A stretch of 54,668 nt of DNA from Alloascoidea hylecoeti (GCA_001600815.1 BCKZ01000024.1:244464-299131), one strand, 5' to 3'. Numbered from the stretch's first letter, positions 11,111-25,290 are shown. Notes: a model not told the origin generated them from the letters alone. Program-made: numbers and translations.

Positions 11111-13620
11111 TTGTATATGATAAAAAAATTATTTATATATAGTCGAATCATCAGTTTTGTTTCTAAACTTCTAATGCTGTTACGTAAACACAATTACAAC
11201 AACATATGTTTAAACTTTTGTACATTTTATTTATATTCTAATATCAAAACCACATACTTCAGCATGATTAAATATATGCCTGCAATTGAGAACTCAGGTG
11301 CAGTATAAATATCAACGATTATAATTCTTGTAACAATATTAATAATATTATTGATTGTAAAATATAAACAATCAATTTCAAGTTGCAAAAAATAATAAAA
11401 ACACCCAGGCAAAATTATTAAACTGATATGCACATGTGATTGAAAATAAAAAAGTAATGGTTAATAATTAACCAGTTACATTAGCTAGCATCACAGACAA
11501 AATTAAAGACTGCAATAAATTAAGAAAATAATTGTGAAATACTCCTGCAGAATCAGTGCAGATGTAGAGTAATACATATAAATAATATTCTTCTAGCGTA
11601 TACGAGGAGAATACGAGATATTTAAACGTATAAAAGTACTAATTAAATAACTAATATTATCATATAAAATCATTCGATTTCAATAATTATGAATATTTTA
11701 TAAATATTTATGATGTTTAATTCCTGTTATGGTATATGATTATAATATACTAGCAAACATGTGTTCATGAATAATTATAACTAAGGTTAGATGAAATACG
11801 TTAATATGTATTATTTCAGTTAGTATTTATTATTGGTGCCTTTAGTAATATTATTTAAATCAAGCATAAAAAGAAAAAAGAGACTAAAATCAATGTACAA
11901 TGTACGATGTACAAACTTCATTTCAAATAACGGATCATTTTGATTCATTTAGTATATTTGGAAAGTAGATCTAAATATAAAGTTTGAAAGTATTAATTTA
12001 AATCCATTTATAGCCTTCTATAGACAATCAATATTTTAATTTGAAGTAAATTAGGGCGGATGCATCACTAGTACTAGCAATAACTCAAAGAGCTAGACTT
12101 ATGTATATAAAAGCGATATTTATACGAGGCTAAAGCTTGAAGAGACTTGTAATTTTTATATAATACCTTCATAATTACGTACACATATTAACTGCAAATT
12201 AAATATTAATGGAATCAAACAAACTATTTGTTTACAACAATTAATTTATATTAATTATAATATGATAATAAAGTTTTCTTTTTCTTTTTCTTTTTCTTTT
12301 TTTTCTTCTTTTCTTTTGTCACTAGTAATTATAAATCTAATGTTCATATAATTAACGTTATATAATGATATATTATTAATAAGTTAATTGATTAACATTA
12401 TTAGTATTCTTAACTTTAATTAATCAGATGATAAATAAAGAATCGAATTCAAGCATTTTATATATAATAACTAAAATTTCAAGCATCCAAAATGATTTAA
12501 ATTTGATTTACAAGCCAGATTTTTTCATAATTACAAGGACTCAGTTATCCACTAAATAGTTGTATGTCTCGAGAGTGTAAATCGCAGAGGAATCAAAAAA
12601 TCATAAACCCATTGGCATGTACGAACCCCTTTAATTAAGCTCATTAATATTGCAATTGGAATCAGAAACTAACTATAAGATCGTAATTATATAGATAGCT
12701 AAAACTTACTTTGTAGTTGAAATAAATTTCATGTTTATGTTGCTAATACTTGCTATATTGCTATAAAAATTATTTTGGTGTAATTTTAAGCTTCGACAAA
12801 GAATTACATCATGTGAGAATTATCTAAACCAGCTTCTCATGTTATATGATATTATAATCAACATATATCACCTAGTTTCGGAAAAATGTTTTTAAGCAAT
12901 ATCATTAAAATTTATCAATCTGCTTCATTTCATGGATAATTAAAAATATACAGATACATTGAAAAATAAATAACAGCAAACCAAAATTAATGCACAAATA
13001 TGCTATAATGATATATAAAGTGTTTAATTATATTTTGACACAGCCTCATTAACAATTGTGTGTAAATGAAATTTTGTACTACACACATGTAGTATATTAT
13101 TATTTTAAGAATTGAGTTTAATTTGATCAAATCATATACCCTAATTTATATTACCATTTTACCGTTTGTTGACATTTGTAGAGCGAAATTAGACTTTTAA
13201 ACCATTTCAGATTATTAATTATGCATGGAATAATAGATTTGATGATCAGTAAAAATTAATGTATGTTATGCATCTTTTGGCTTTGATTAGCTGGCCTAGA
13301 ATATGCACAGAACAAAATACAAAAAGCTTTATAAATATTAAATTATTATAAATACAATCCAAGAGTTTCCAAGTTATGATAGAGATAATTAATCATACGC
13401 AAGAAGTGGTGAATAATATTAATATACATAATTATAATAAGTGGTTGAACAACTACTTGCGTATTTAGATGCATTTTTAATTTAATAAATAAAAAGGAAC
13501 CTACTTCTGTTGTGAAAAAATAGGAGTCCCTTGCAATATCAATTAATTTCAATAATAATCAATTGTTTTTTCTTCCTAGGCCTATCGGACCATATTTGGT
13601 GCCTTGACTACATACATCAC
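11111..13620 (+). mobile_element. Fossil L1-like retrotransposon ORF2, copy B
   Basis: Endonuclease start SKLLMLLRKHNYNNICL..ENSGAV (ORF 11111-11308) and PGKIIKL (~11405). RT domain 3 FDK..H..NYLNQLL..SFGKMFLSNIIKIYQSAS (12792-12927). KYA-NDI (~12996-13015), AS-LCVN (~13043-13067). Thumb PTSVVKK*ESL..FFLPRPIG (13500-13590). Endonuclease-to-RT spacing of about 1.65 kb fits L1 ORF2. Confidence 0.55.
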
Positions 13621-15158
13621 CAATTAAATTTGATCATGATGATCAACTTATTTTTTGAGATATTATCCTAAAATTAACATGAAGTCTGTTTGATGTGTAT
13701 TTGTAACTAATAACTATTTATCATATGAAATCACGCCAAATTTAACTAGCAACCACTATTATTGCGGTCATGATAATATGTCAAGCTTTCAATATTTAAT
13801 CGTATATTCTGTTTAATTTGATTTGTGATTATTAAAGCGTCTAATTATAGCGCTTTATAATAATGCAGTAGGATGCAAAAATACGAATAATACCTCCATA
13901 GCGATAGCATTATTAGTACCATATACTGTAATTTATTAGTCTGAAACATCAAGATAAATTCACCGCCTATGGATATAACGAGTTCGTTTAAATTTGCAAT
14001 TATCTACCACATCCACATTGTTAACATAAAACATGTAGTAAATAGAAAGTTCAGTTATTAAAATAAGAACAAGAGCTAAGCTTTAAAATGACAAAAAGAA
14101 ATGACACTTGGCTAGTTAAGCTTAAATACTGGGCTAAGCTTGCAATTGTAACTATAAACTATAACGTTATGCTTTTTTTATAAGGCTAAAATATATGGAT
14201 TTGCTGTTTCCTCATCTAAAAAAAGAATGAATAAGAATGTCTTGAATTCCCAGCTTCGGATGTAGATATCGGTTAAAAGCTTACTAACCTACGCCTGCGA
14301 CAATAATTACAAAACTAAATCATCGCCATATATGGCTATAGATACTTAATTAAGCTCAAAATCGAAGGTCTTCTTCACACCATTGATCATGGAAGTCCTA
14401 ATTATAAGTCTAAGGGTATATGTTTAGGGGTCAATTGGCCAATGCTAGTGCGATAAATGGATTTTTTAATTAGCTTACAACATCAGGATGCAAGCCACCC
14501 GAATTGATTTTGTACATTGAGTGTGTAATTACAACTATGTATGCGTAATCTTGAAATTTCTACATTATTATAGTTACGGTTATGGTTACAGCCATAATTA
14601 TAAGCTTAAGGATCATGTAGACACACGCCTCAGCAAATACATGCACGCACTCGAATATGGTTGGTGGGGTATGCTAATGTCAGTAATGGAATTATTCTCT
14701 GGAGTGAAATAAAAGGAAATAAAACGAGCTGAGATGGAATAGGACGAAATGAAATGAAGGCTGGAAACATAGAGTTGATAGATGATAATATGGATATGGT
14801 AGCGTGGGGACAACAGCAAAGAGATCCCTGCACAGCAGCTGCGGATGAAACAAAATAATAGAATTTACATGCTTAAGGTTATAGTTTGAGACCGTTGGGG
14901 ACTGCAGGAGAATAGTGTATCCATGTTCCTACATCAATCTCGCAGATGTGTGTTTCCATGGTAGTGATAGTGGTATTTCTGCATGCTTGCTTGGCCAGCC
15001 CTACGTATTGCATATCTCCTACTTATTATAATTAATCATTTATGGCTTTTGGTTTGCTGCTTTCTTTTGGCTTCTTCTCTTTTTCTGTTCTTTCCCTCTT
15101 TCTTTTTTGTTACTTCCGTTTTTTTGTTTTCTTGCAACCTGTTCTGAAATCTGATAAA

Positions 15159-17192
15159 ATGAGCCTGAGTTCCATGGTTATCCCGCAGTCACAAAAACTG
15201 GATTCTCCTCTAGGCTCTAGGAAATTCGCTTCAACAAATAACAATGACTCCCCCAAGATAAAAAGGGCAAGGAAAAATAACTATTCAAATCCTTCAAACC
15301 CCCCAACTCCCAAGTCTTCTGCCTCTCTTCGACAGGAACAACAACTGCCGGACTCAAACCTAGCCCTAAAGAAAACGACGGCGGAAACTTGGTCTGCTAT
15401 AGGCTCATTAGCCGAAACTATTGGTATCTTGGATACTGCAATTTCTTCTTATGAAGCTTCATTACATCACGATCCCAAAAATTGGAGAACAATCAAAGCC
15501 TTGGGTTCTGTTGTTTTTAAACAAGGCGATATTCAGCGATCAATTAAACTAATCAAGGAAGCCTTAACTTTAGAAGAAAATTCGGAGCTGTGGTCCGAGT
15601 TGGGGAACATATATTTAAACTCTGGAGATTTAGAGAACGCATATAGTTCGTTTGGTAAATCCTTAGCGATTTGTCCGGACGATCCCATATCTTGGTATAG
15701 TGTTGGTATTGTTTTTGATAAATATGGGTGTTACACACATGCAGAGGATGCCTTTTTAAATGTTCTTAGGATTTCTGCTAATCCTGTAAAGTCTCCTTCA
15801 GCTTCATCATCACCAACAAAAAATGTTTTCACAAGTGATAAAATTATCGAAGTTAAATATAGACTAGGTAGTATTTTTAAAATCCTAGGAAAATTTCAAC
15901 AAGCTTTAGAAATTTTATCCGAAGTTTTATTAAATCCGACATTACCTTTAAATTTAGTTCAATCTGATATTTGGTTATTAATTGGTGATTGTTATGAAAG
16001 TATGAATGATTTTAATGGTGCAAAAAGAGTTTATGAAAATGGATTATCAAATATTCAACTACAAGGTAATCAAAATAATCAAAGACTATTACAACAGTTA
16101 GGTTGGCTATATCATTTAAAAGAGTCACCTTTTTATAATAATGAACTTGCTATAAATTATTTAGGTAATTCCATCGATGAGAAAAGTGAAGATTCATATC
16201 CTTGGTATTTACTAGGTAGATGTTTCATTAACTTGGAACGATACACAGAAGCATATGATGCATATCAAGAAGCTGTGAATAGAGATAGTACAAATCATAT
16301 CTATTGGAATAGTATAGGGTGTCTTTATTTTAAAATTGGACAATTACCTGATGCCCTGAGTGCATATACACAATGTGTTCGATTATCCCCCAAGATGCCG
16401 GAAGTTTGGTTTAATTTAGGAATTCTATACGATAATTGTGAAGAACAATCAAATGATGCAACGAATGCTTATACAAAAGCACTTGGATTCGATCCAAAGA
16501 ATAGATTATGTGAAATGAGATTACAAGAATTAAGTAGAAATCCAAGATCAAAACCATCTAATAATTTACAACCTATGGATGTTAGTAGTTCAGTTTATAA
16601 ATCTTTACAATTATGTGATCCACAAGTAAGGATTCAACATCAAATTGAAAATGCAAAAATTAATAATGGTACTAACGGTAATGATAAAGAAGAAAATAAA
16701 GTTTCTACACCTATAATACAATCAAATGGAACTGTTAAAAAGATTAATAGTCATAGATCAAATCAATCAACGCCACATACTTCAGTATCTTCAAATAATG
16801 GGACTACCAATGGAAATTCACCACAAGTTTTACCATGGCAGGAAATGACATCTGTACGACCATTACCTATCCAACTAAATAAAGCACAACAATCACCGAT
16901 TCCACAATTTCCATATCAACAAAATGGATTTCAGCCTCAATTTCAACAGCAACACCCTGTTCAATATATTAATCCTCCATATCAGATTGTCCAGTCCCAA
17001 CCACAAACTCCGCAGCCAGCAGCGCGACAACAAGCTCCTCCAATGCAACAACAGGCTAGTTTTCAAATGAACAATTTTCCTTCACGACCTACTCCACAAC
17101 AGCAACAACAATTACCTGTTACACAACAACAAATTGTTTCTCAACCGCCACCACCTGGTTATCAAGCCATTTATCATCCTCAACAACAACAG

Positions 17193-17251
<59 letters not shown>

Positions 17252-17381
17252 AACAGGTATAAATCATAGTTTTTCTATACAAAAGCAACAACAGCAACAA
17301 CTTCCTCAACATAATGGAACTGTTTCAGTTGGTAACTCTTCGCCACATCAAGTATTTGGGGTTGGTAGAATGTTAAACTAA
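15159..17381 (+). CDS. CYC8: Cyc8/Ssn6-like TPR transcriptional co-repressor with Q-rich C-terminus (~740 aa)
   Basis: TAETWSAIGSLAE, LQQLGWLYH, WYLLGRC, AYDAYQEAVNRD, WNSIGCLYF, DALSAY and EVWFNLGILYD match Cyc8 TPRs; polyQ tail. Start placed at the second ATG because 15042-15158 is a T-rich tract. It is divergent and could be a paralog. Confidence 0.85.
17181..17252 (+). repeat. CAA/CAG polyglutamine tract (24 Q) in CYC8
   Basis: CAA x3, a CAG run, then alternating CAA-CAG, read directly. Confidence 0.95.
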
Positions 17382-17989
17382 GACTCATACACATTTACAT
17401 CGATATCATTTCATTTCACTTTCAAAATACACTTTTAATATAAATTTCACAACAGATGAAGCATTAATGATAAGTAATGAAACAGATTAGGTCATGTTCA
17501 GATATATATTCCATCCATGACCATATCTTAGGTGCTTTTTTTTCTTTCTTTTAATAGAATATTATATGATACCTATTAATATCGCTATATCTATTGGGTT
17601 ATACTTTTTTTGTTTTATTATTTCGAATTCATAATATTACATTATTTTATTTTATTTTATTTTTCATATTTTATGTTTTTTGTTTGTTAAATTCATTCTT
17701 ATTAATTATTACAATCGGTGGATTGATTAATTAGTCGGAAATCTCATTATATATTCTATATATGAATTTGAAGTATGTTGTTTTCTCTTTGTTTCTTCAA
17801 ATTGCCTTCCATCTCATTTCTTATTTTAATTTGGGTGTTTAGCGTTGATTTATTGATCTATATAGGCATACGTATGCTTTAAATTTAAATTTTTTTTTGA
17901 TTCATTTACTCTTACTTTATAATTAGGTTTTTATAAAATAATTAATATTAATAATTAAAGAAGAAAGAAAAAGTTTTGATCCTTTAATT

Positions 17990-20900
17990 TTTTAATTAAA
18001 TATTAGAATAAATTTATATTATAGAAGTCCAATATTAATGAAGATCATTTCATAATTATAATATTTAATGATAAATAAAATTTACACAATTTTATAACAT
18101 ATCGATTTGGTGAGTTATTATATAATATTAATGTGTAGTGATGATATGATAGTAAAATAACTAGCTAGCCCATTAAGTATATTGACAATTGCAATTGCAC
18201 ACATGGCAAGCGCTAACATATATCTTCGTATGTTTAAATGTTTTCTTCGAATTCAGTACCAGTTTTTATTTCTGTGGGCTGTAACTTAATTTTAACACAT
18301 CGGTGGAAAGGAAATTGGGAAGGAAATTGCAATTGGAAGAACATCTTTAGAATTCGAATATATGTAACGTTTTAAAGATATATGGTAAATTATGAACAAA
18401 TTTAATGACCATATATGCTCAGGAGAGTTATATAATTATATAGCTATAAATTGATTTCTACAAGTGGATTAAGTGCTTGAAGATCAGTAGTACCTAGCCT
18501 TCTAGACGAATACAACTGCGACGTGATGAGGGCTCGAGCAAAAATCTGATATTGTTAAATGATGACAAGGTAAAAACAAGACTTTAATACCAATTCAGTA
18601 CGTAGCTGCGGCAAAGTAGTTTTATAACAGTAGTAGTCATGGACTCATGTGTCATGGTATCGGCTTTGAATGTTGTCAAGTAAAAAAAAATAATGTAGGT
18701 ATATTGTAACTGGTTAACGTTATAGTACCGAAGCCTGATTTACCCACAATAATGTAATAAATTATGAATCTAACTTGGTAAAACTTAAAATATTCATTTT
18801 GAAATGTCTTTCGGGTTTGTAGGAGAGGAAATATGGTTTTATCCAAACAACGAAAGAAACTTTAAAAGAAGCAAACAATTCGATTTTGTGATATCATGGG
18901 AGGTAGATCCCTATCAATTCTACAATTTCTACTCATGATTGGTCATACACCCAAATACCCTAATAATGTGCTCATGGAATATCGTATAAAGTTATGAAAT
19001 TTAGTGTGATGAAGTTGGTCACAAATCACACTTTTGATTGATTTTATCTACCAAGAAAGTGTAATACCGTATACCTATTGTAATTATTCACGTTCATAGA
19101 GCTATAACATATAAGTAAAGTGCAAAATTTTATGTGGCTACTCTATTTTGAATTCGTATATTATTATATAAGGCTTTAGATTAATTGCAACCACTAATTA
19201 TGGATCATGGTGAACACTACCATTTTTTATCGGTCCAATTGTTTCACAACCGCCGAAAACCAACCCCGACTATACGAGCCATAGTTGTTTTAGTGTTAAC
19301 TATTAACATAATATACGCAAGCTCATAATTTCTTTATGTTGATCATTGATCAGCACTGTTTCTCTACCAGGTTTCCACTAGATGGTATTTTACACACTCA
19401 GTCTTCTTTCATGAGCCCTTTACATAATATACTTAATTAGAGGTAGATAACCTTTTAAAACATTCATTCGATTCATCACATATATTTAGATCTATAATTA
19501 TGAGTATAGAAATGAGCTTGTAGTATACTGCAGCTGTCAACAATTGAAATAGTATAATTTCTTCGATATTTCCAAGCTAAACTAGATTTATAGTATTTAC
19601 TATCTATACATATGATTCGAAGGGTACCTTAACCAGAAAAAACCTTTGAATCGGTATGAATGTTTCTATGATAAGTTTTATATAGAAATTTTAAATTGAA
19701 TACATATATATATATTATTAGTATACGGAAAGAAATGAAGCTTTCAAATATGCTTTTATACAATGAAATCGATTAAACATAATACTAAATATTGGGGCAT
19801 TGTCCTAAAGTAGATAAAAGAGCTTTGCTATCATAGCCGAAATGTATTTTTCTATATAACATTTCTAAGCTAAATAATGTGCAAGAATACAAAGTCGTTG
19901 AGACTAAGATCATGATCGATATCAATTACATAATCGCAATATTGCAATTGACTATGCATATGATCAATAGGAATGGTAGTTTTAAATTTATACCACACTA
20001 ATTATAACCATATAGCTTTCGAAACCCAGAATCCTAAGAACTAGCCTGTCAAATAAAAAAGTTTAAATATTTATAAAATATACCAACAGTAGTACATAGT
20101 ATTACACACTACATGTCGCTATATCACAAATTATCAATAAATACTATACGGGGTACGAATAATATTAATGGTAATGGCTAGATCTACAGACAAATCAACT
20201 AAACAAGTATTGGAAATGATATAAATAAATTTATAATAATAAATCTATTAGACTTATGTCCAAGAACCATTCTGGTAGCAGCAGCAATCATCCTTCCACA
20301 GCTGCTTCTTCAAATCTCCAAATGACAATTGCAATGAAACAATTGCTGATCACCAAAATGAAAGAAATTATTATTGTATATAAATATGTTAGCCTGTTCT
20401 CGTGATCGTAAACCGCCTAAACCTTATTTGTCACTTGCAACATGTATCGCAACCAAGGATTAGTAAAGGTATGGTAGTTAGTGGATTAATGCAAAAGCAA
20501 GAATACATCCCTTTAATAGCATACATACATACTTAAAATTTTTCAAAAAAAATAAATAAATATAAGGCATAATATTCCTCTTTGATGCCCACCCATACAA
20601 ATAAACTTAAAGAATAGTAAAGGTTTTGGTTTGTTGAAACGTGCACATAGGCTTATTGGTAAAGAGAATAAAATAAGACCATAAATACGTAATTCAATAT
20701 ATAGGTATGTATAGCCAAACATATCTTTAAAAATTGTCCATGTAACTTCTTATTTTTAACATCTGTAAGGATATTATAACCATAAACAGAGTGGTTATAC
20801 ATAATGATAAAGTTCTAAGTGAACTATTCTAAGATGTGGTATAATATCCAACACATAATAAAAATATAACTATGGAAACTTTTCAAGACATATAATGCAA

Positions 20901-21240
20901 TTTTATACTCATTTCTATAAATATCAAGGGATATCAGATATTAATGTCGTATGATGTGAAAATACAACATGAGACACTTGATAAAAAAATCGTGCTTCTT
21001 GCAATATAATCCGCCATTTAATTAGTTTAATCGGTGCGTAATATAATGAAGTTGTGGAATGTTGCAATGTAAATCGCGGTGTAGATTTGTTTTCTATAAA
21101 AAGTATTTTTTTTTCTTGCTTTCAATAGCCCCTGATTACAATTGGAAGCTGTACTATTCTTAGTGATATTGGCTGTGCGTGTGTGTGAGCTAACAGCTAG
21201 GAAACTAAACAGCGAATCACTCTTGCGCTTGCTCTCATGA
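17990..21240 (+). mobile_element. Fossil L1-like retrotransposon ORF2, copy C (near full length)
   Basis: Endonuclease: INLYYRSP (~18008), IDN (18181), VPVFISV (~18256), KGNW (~18307). RT: SSHG..HGIGFEC (~18632-18673, PGxDG region), VIVPKP (~18719), VGEE-YGFI (~18819-18843), NV-H-EY-YKVMKF (~18965-19002). Thumb: RTILV..IILPQLL (~20263), KPYLSL..TKD (~20419-20460). KLWN (~21049) and a C..C..ET..H..C knuckle (~21174-21232). Confidence 0.55.
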
Positions 21241-22443
21241 ATTTGCTTATAATTTCATTGTAACATTTTCCTGAACTGTTATTAGTTTTAAAAGATACTG
21301 TTTTCTTATGTATTTTCGACACATTTATTTTTACGCGAGGTTTAATTTTTACTTTACATTAATATTAAGAGATACAATCACTTGCAACATATAGTGCTAT
21401 TGTGTGTCACAATGTAGGTACCAGTAGAACTAAGAATATGTATAGCCTTGAGCCACCTAATTGTGATAGTGACATCACGGTATTTCTTTAAATTGAGCAC
21501 TTCATAATTGCATGTCTGCTAATAAATCGAAACTCTGACTATTCACTAAACTGGTTTATATCTTCGTTGTGACTTCTTTTGTAATCTGACCTCAATTAAA
21601 CTTCCCCGTATTGTGATGCTATACTACTATAATTAATATTAATATAAAATCAAACTAAGAGGACTATATATTAATATTTATCATGATGCTAAAATAATTA
21701 TTTATCTATTTTTCCGAAAGGTTCGCGAGAAAACTCCACCCGAGCATCCCTGTTGGTGGATCGGGATGATTATTCCTATAAGATCTTATAGCTTCATATA
21801 GGTATAAGCTTATATAATAGGCTCCGGCTATAGGAAGAAGAAAGAGAATATGTATTAAACATGGATAATTAAACAGATACCGGTAGTACTGTTATTATCT
21901 ATTATTTGAACTATAAACACAAATGTATAGGCCTACACATTATTTTTCTTCGGGTAAGTTCTAATACTAGAAACTGACTGCAAAAAGGTATTACTCCAAT
22001 GATTTTTTCCGGAAATATATATTTCAACTAGACTAGTATTACTGTACGTATAGTATCTGATCACATTGCAATTAAGTTTTATATAACTTATAAGTTATAT
22101 ATATCAAAACTAAGAAGTTAATTAAATATATATGGACCGGGTTTTATATCCTATGTAAAAATAATGTAACGCGCTACAATTGCAAGTGATCATGATTTAA
22201 CTAGTCTTCTATAATTATAATTTTAATAGTATAGGCTCATAACTAATAATTGTTACAGTGCTTTAAGTTTCTAATTAAATCAATTTTAAATTAAAGAATC
22301 TATAAAAAGAATCAAAATTTTCCATATTCATATATGCAGAGATTTGATCTGTAGATCTGTAACTGGTCTCTACCTATTTAGTATTTTAATTCATTGGCAT
22401 CAATATAGTATACCATCTTTAATTAATTGAACAGTTACGAGAA

Positions 22444-23466
22444 ATGGAATATCAAAATCTCGGAAATAGTGGCCTTAAAATCTCTAAGATCATCTTTGGG
22501 GGAATGTCAATTGGCTCTAAGGGGTGGTCTAACTGGGTTATTGATGATGAAGAGAAGTCATTGGACCTTTTGAAAAAAGCTTACGATGTTGGGATTAGAA
22601 CATTTGATACGGCTGATTCCTATAGTAACGGTAAGTCCGAAATCCTGATAGGTAAATTTTTAAAAAAGTACAACATTAAAAGATCTACTGTTGTCATCTT
22701 AACAAAATGTTTCTTTGTTTGTGACCCAGAAAACACTCCTTCAGTATACAATCCTACATATGTGGCTGTATATCCTAATGAATTTGGAACATCCAGAAAG
22801 CATATTATGGACGCTGTAGATGGTTCAGTTGAAAGGCTAGGTACTTACATCGATGTATATCAGATTCATAGATTCGACAAAAATACACCTAGGGAAGAGA
22901 CCATGTCAGCTCTAAATGATGTTGTTAAAAGTGGAAAGGTTAGGTATATTGGCTCTTCTAGTATGAAAGCTTTCGAGTTTGCTCTATATCAATTCATTGC
23001 CGAAAAGAATGGCTGGACAAAATTTATCTCCATGCAAAACTATTACAACTTGTTATATCGTGAAGAAGAAAGAGAAATGATTCCGTTTTGTAATGAAACA
23101 GGAGTAGGCCTTATCCCTTGGTCTCCATTAGCTAAAGGTATTCTCGCTAGAGCAGCAAACGAAAAATATGCTACCAATAGAGCTAAAGAAGATGCGAGGA
23201 TTGGCTCCCTCTTCGGAACTGATAATTCATTTCAAACTTCAATTACAGAAATTATTAATCGTGTAGGGAAAGTAGCTAAAAAGAGATTGGTTTCTAGAGC
23301 TATAGTTTCTACTGCTTGGGTTATATCCAAAGGAGCATGTCCAATCATTGGGTTCAGTAGCGAAGAACGAATTGATGAAGCTGTTGAAGCTGTAAAATTA
23401 AAGCTTACTGAAGAGGAACTTAAATATTTAGAAGAGCCATACATACCACAACCAGTTCTATATTAA
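22444..23466 (+). CDS. Aldo-keto reductase (aryl-alcohol dehydrogenase / YPL088W-like), 340 aa
   Basis: LGNSGLKISKII, FDTADSYSNGKSE, ILTK, YQIHRFD, MQNYYNLLYREEEREM, PWSPLAKG; catalytic D-Y-K-H present. Confidence 0.93.
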   Translation: MEYQNLGNSGLKISKIIFGGMSIGSKGWSNWVIDDEEKSLDLLKKAYDVGIRTFDTADSYSNGKSEILIGKFLKKYNIKRSTVVILTKCFFVCDPENTPSVYNPTYVAVYPNEFGTSRKHIMDAVDGSVERLGTYIDVYQIHRFDKNTPREETMSALNDVVKSGKVRYIGSSSMKAFEFALYQFIAEKNGWTKFISMQNYYNLLYREEEREMIPFCNETGVGLIPWSPLAKGILARAANEKYATNRAKEDARIGSLFGTDNSFQTSITEIINRVGKVAKKRLVSRAIVSTAWVISKGACPIIGFSSEERIDEAVEAVKLKLTEEELKYLEEPYIPQPVLY

Positions 23467-23664
23467 TCATAATTTCAATAATATAGAACATAATATCAGG
23501 CTGATGGCATATAAAATGTATAATCATATGCACTAAGATAGAACCTTCATTCACAACTATAAGTTATGTGTATAAAATAGTCTATAGCTTTATGTACATT
23601 AGCTTTGATTTAAGTTATCTCATTCTAAATTTATACCATCGATACCTTCAAATTTCATATAGTC

Positions 23665-25290
23665 AAATAATTTTGCTGAGATGAAATATAAATCTATGGG
23701 AAAGAGACCAGCAGAATATCTACCATTCATGTTCTAAACCTCAAAAATACAAACACAAATTCAAATATAAAACTTGAGAAGCTATAATAAATATTTTTTT
23801 AACTACAACCAAAATGACAATCAGTGTAACTGATTTATAGCTATAGTATTTTCACTACAGCTAATTACCGGAAACATATCACAAGTGCTGGGGCTACAGA
23901 TAAATAAATCAATATTTGTAGTTAAATTAGTGGATTAATCAACAGATGCGTATTTATTAATTTTGTATTTGTTTTTCATTTGTATGAATGATAAAGCTTC
24001 TAGGAAGTCAAAAAGGTATAGCATATACATGTATGCCTACAGTGTAAGATCAGCTAGCAATGGTTATATATTAACAAAGTTCTAAGTCCCTGTTTCTCCC
24101 AGTTACGCCAAAAAGCCAATCGACTCATTGTGAACTGTTATAAGGGTGATACCAATATATATTAGGTGTACAACCACAAGAGTTTAAGTGTGGATAATTT
24201 CCCAATTTCTTCACATGGGCTCAACATTGTTGTTGTAGTTTTGATAGTTAGATATTTAAATTTAGATATCTGGCTTACCTGCTATAAACTGTACGAGGCC
24301 AGTATGGTTCGTAATTATTTTCTGTGTGTGCATACAATTCCCATAGTTTCTCAGTTTTTCGAGACATATAAAATATAGTATTAATATATTAGAAGCTTAG
24401 GTGTATGAAAAATACTATGAATCCTAAATCTTCCCATACCAAGGTAACTACCGTATTTGAATTGATCTACAGATACGCTCTCAGTCGTAATACTTCATTA
24501 AAAAAAGACTTTACATTAAAAACTACCCCATACAAGTTAGATAATATAAATATAATTTTACCTTATGAGTAGTTGTAATATATACGGAAATATACAATAT
24601 CTTTATTAATTTATACTGGTTTCGTAATCGAGAACAAAACTTAATTATATCGCGATTCAGATCTTCAGTATGTATGTGTTTATATTGCCTAAGTAGGTAA
24701 TTTTGCACTGAATATGTTCCAGAAATACTGGATATTACTGCAGGTTGTAGCCTAAACTACGTATACGATGATAAGACATGTTAGAATGCATATAGCTATA
24801 TATATGGATATGCATCAACACATACCAAAAAAAACAAAATAAGGACGAAATAAATTCTATTCTAAATTTATCTATCCGTTATATTCTTTAAAAAGTCATT
24901 GAATGTTGATGGCTGTTAGTGCACCGGGGTTTATAGAAGATCTTAGTATCGGGAAAATCCATATTCATATGTAAGGACAATTTAAATGACAATCACCATA
25001 GTCACTTATTTGCCCTTGCAATTTCAACAAAAACTTCCAGAGTTTAAACAGGAAATTGATATAATTTTCAAGTCTATATTATTCATACTGAATTTGGCAA
25101 ATAGAAACTGAAGGAAATCAAAGTGATAAAAGAGCATCACATCTAGTCAACGATATCAATTGGAAGCACATGAGTTAGAAGACTCTTGTATAAATTAACA
25201 TCCAAATTAAAAGAATCCAAGAAAACATACCCCAAATTAGTATTGAATTATAAATTCTGACATAAATACATGAGTTATAAATTGTCGTAT
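23665..25290 (+). mobile_element. Fossil APE-type LINE ORF2, copy D (endonuclease through RT domain 3)
   Basis: ILLR*NIN (~23670, the WNxNG start), LPET (~23866), RLIVNCYKGDTN (GDTN at 24145-24156), FLCVH-IPIVSQF (~24320-24357), TIVTYLP (~24995), LANR (25094-25105), GST (25162-25170), KLVLNY (~25235). Confidence 0.45.

Noticed and set aside
7200..15040. Long AT-rich ORF-free region as a regional centromere
   Set aside because: No point-centromere elements or large flanking inverted repeats seen, and the length is explained by LINE fossils. It cannot be fully excluded without CENP-A or Hi-C data.
15042..15158. Hydrophobic N-terminal extension of CYC8 (and the TTG starts given for SEC62, FMP30 and SNT1 in the ORF track)
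   Set aside because: The CYC8 extension is a T-rich UTR-like tract. Downstream ATGs or splicing give the conserved N-termini.
16356..16358. Alternative yeast genetic code (CTG = Ser or Ala)
   Set aside because: CTG falls at the conserved Leu of the Cyc8 DAL motif, which favours the standard code. This is a single-site observation.
18820..18930. RRM-like RKYGFIQ fragment
   Set aside because: Better explained as the QxGF motif of LINE RT domain 2a, given the flanking RT motifs.
20250..20800. Minus-strand hydrophobic fragments resembling an MFS/siderophore transporter pseudogene (also at 11227-11433 and 12900-13550)
   Set aside because: The + strand of the same intervals gives collinear LINE motifs. 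Antisense translation of A-rich DNA naturally yields F/L/I-rich strings.
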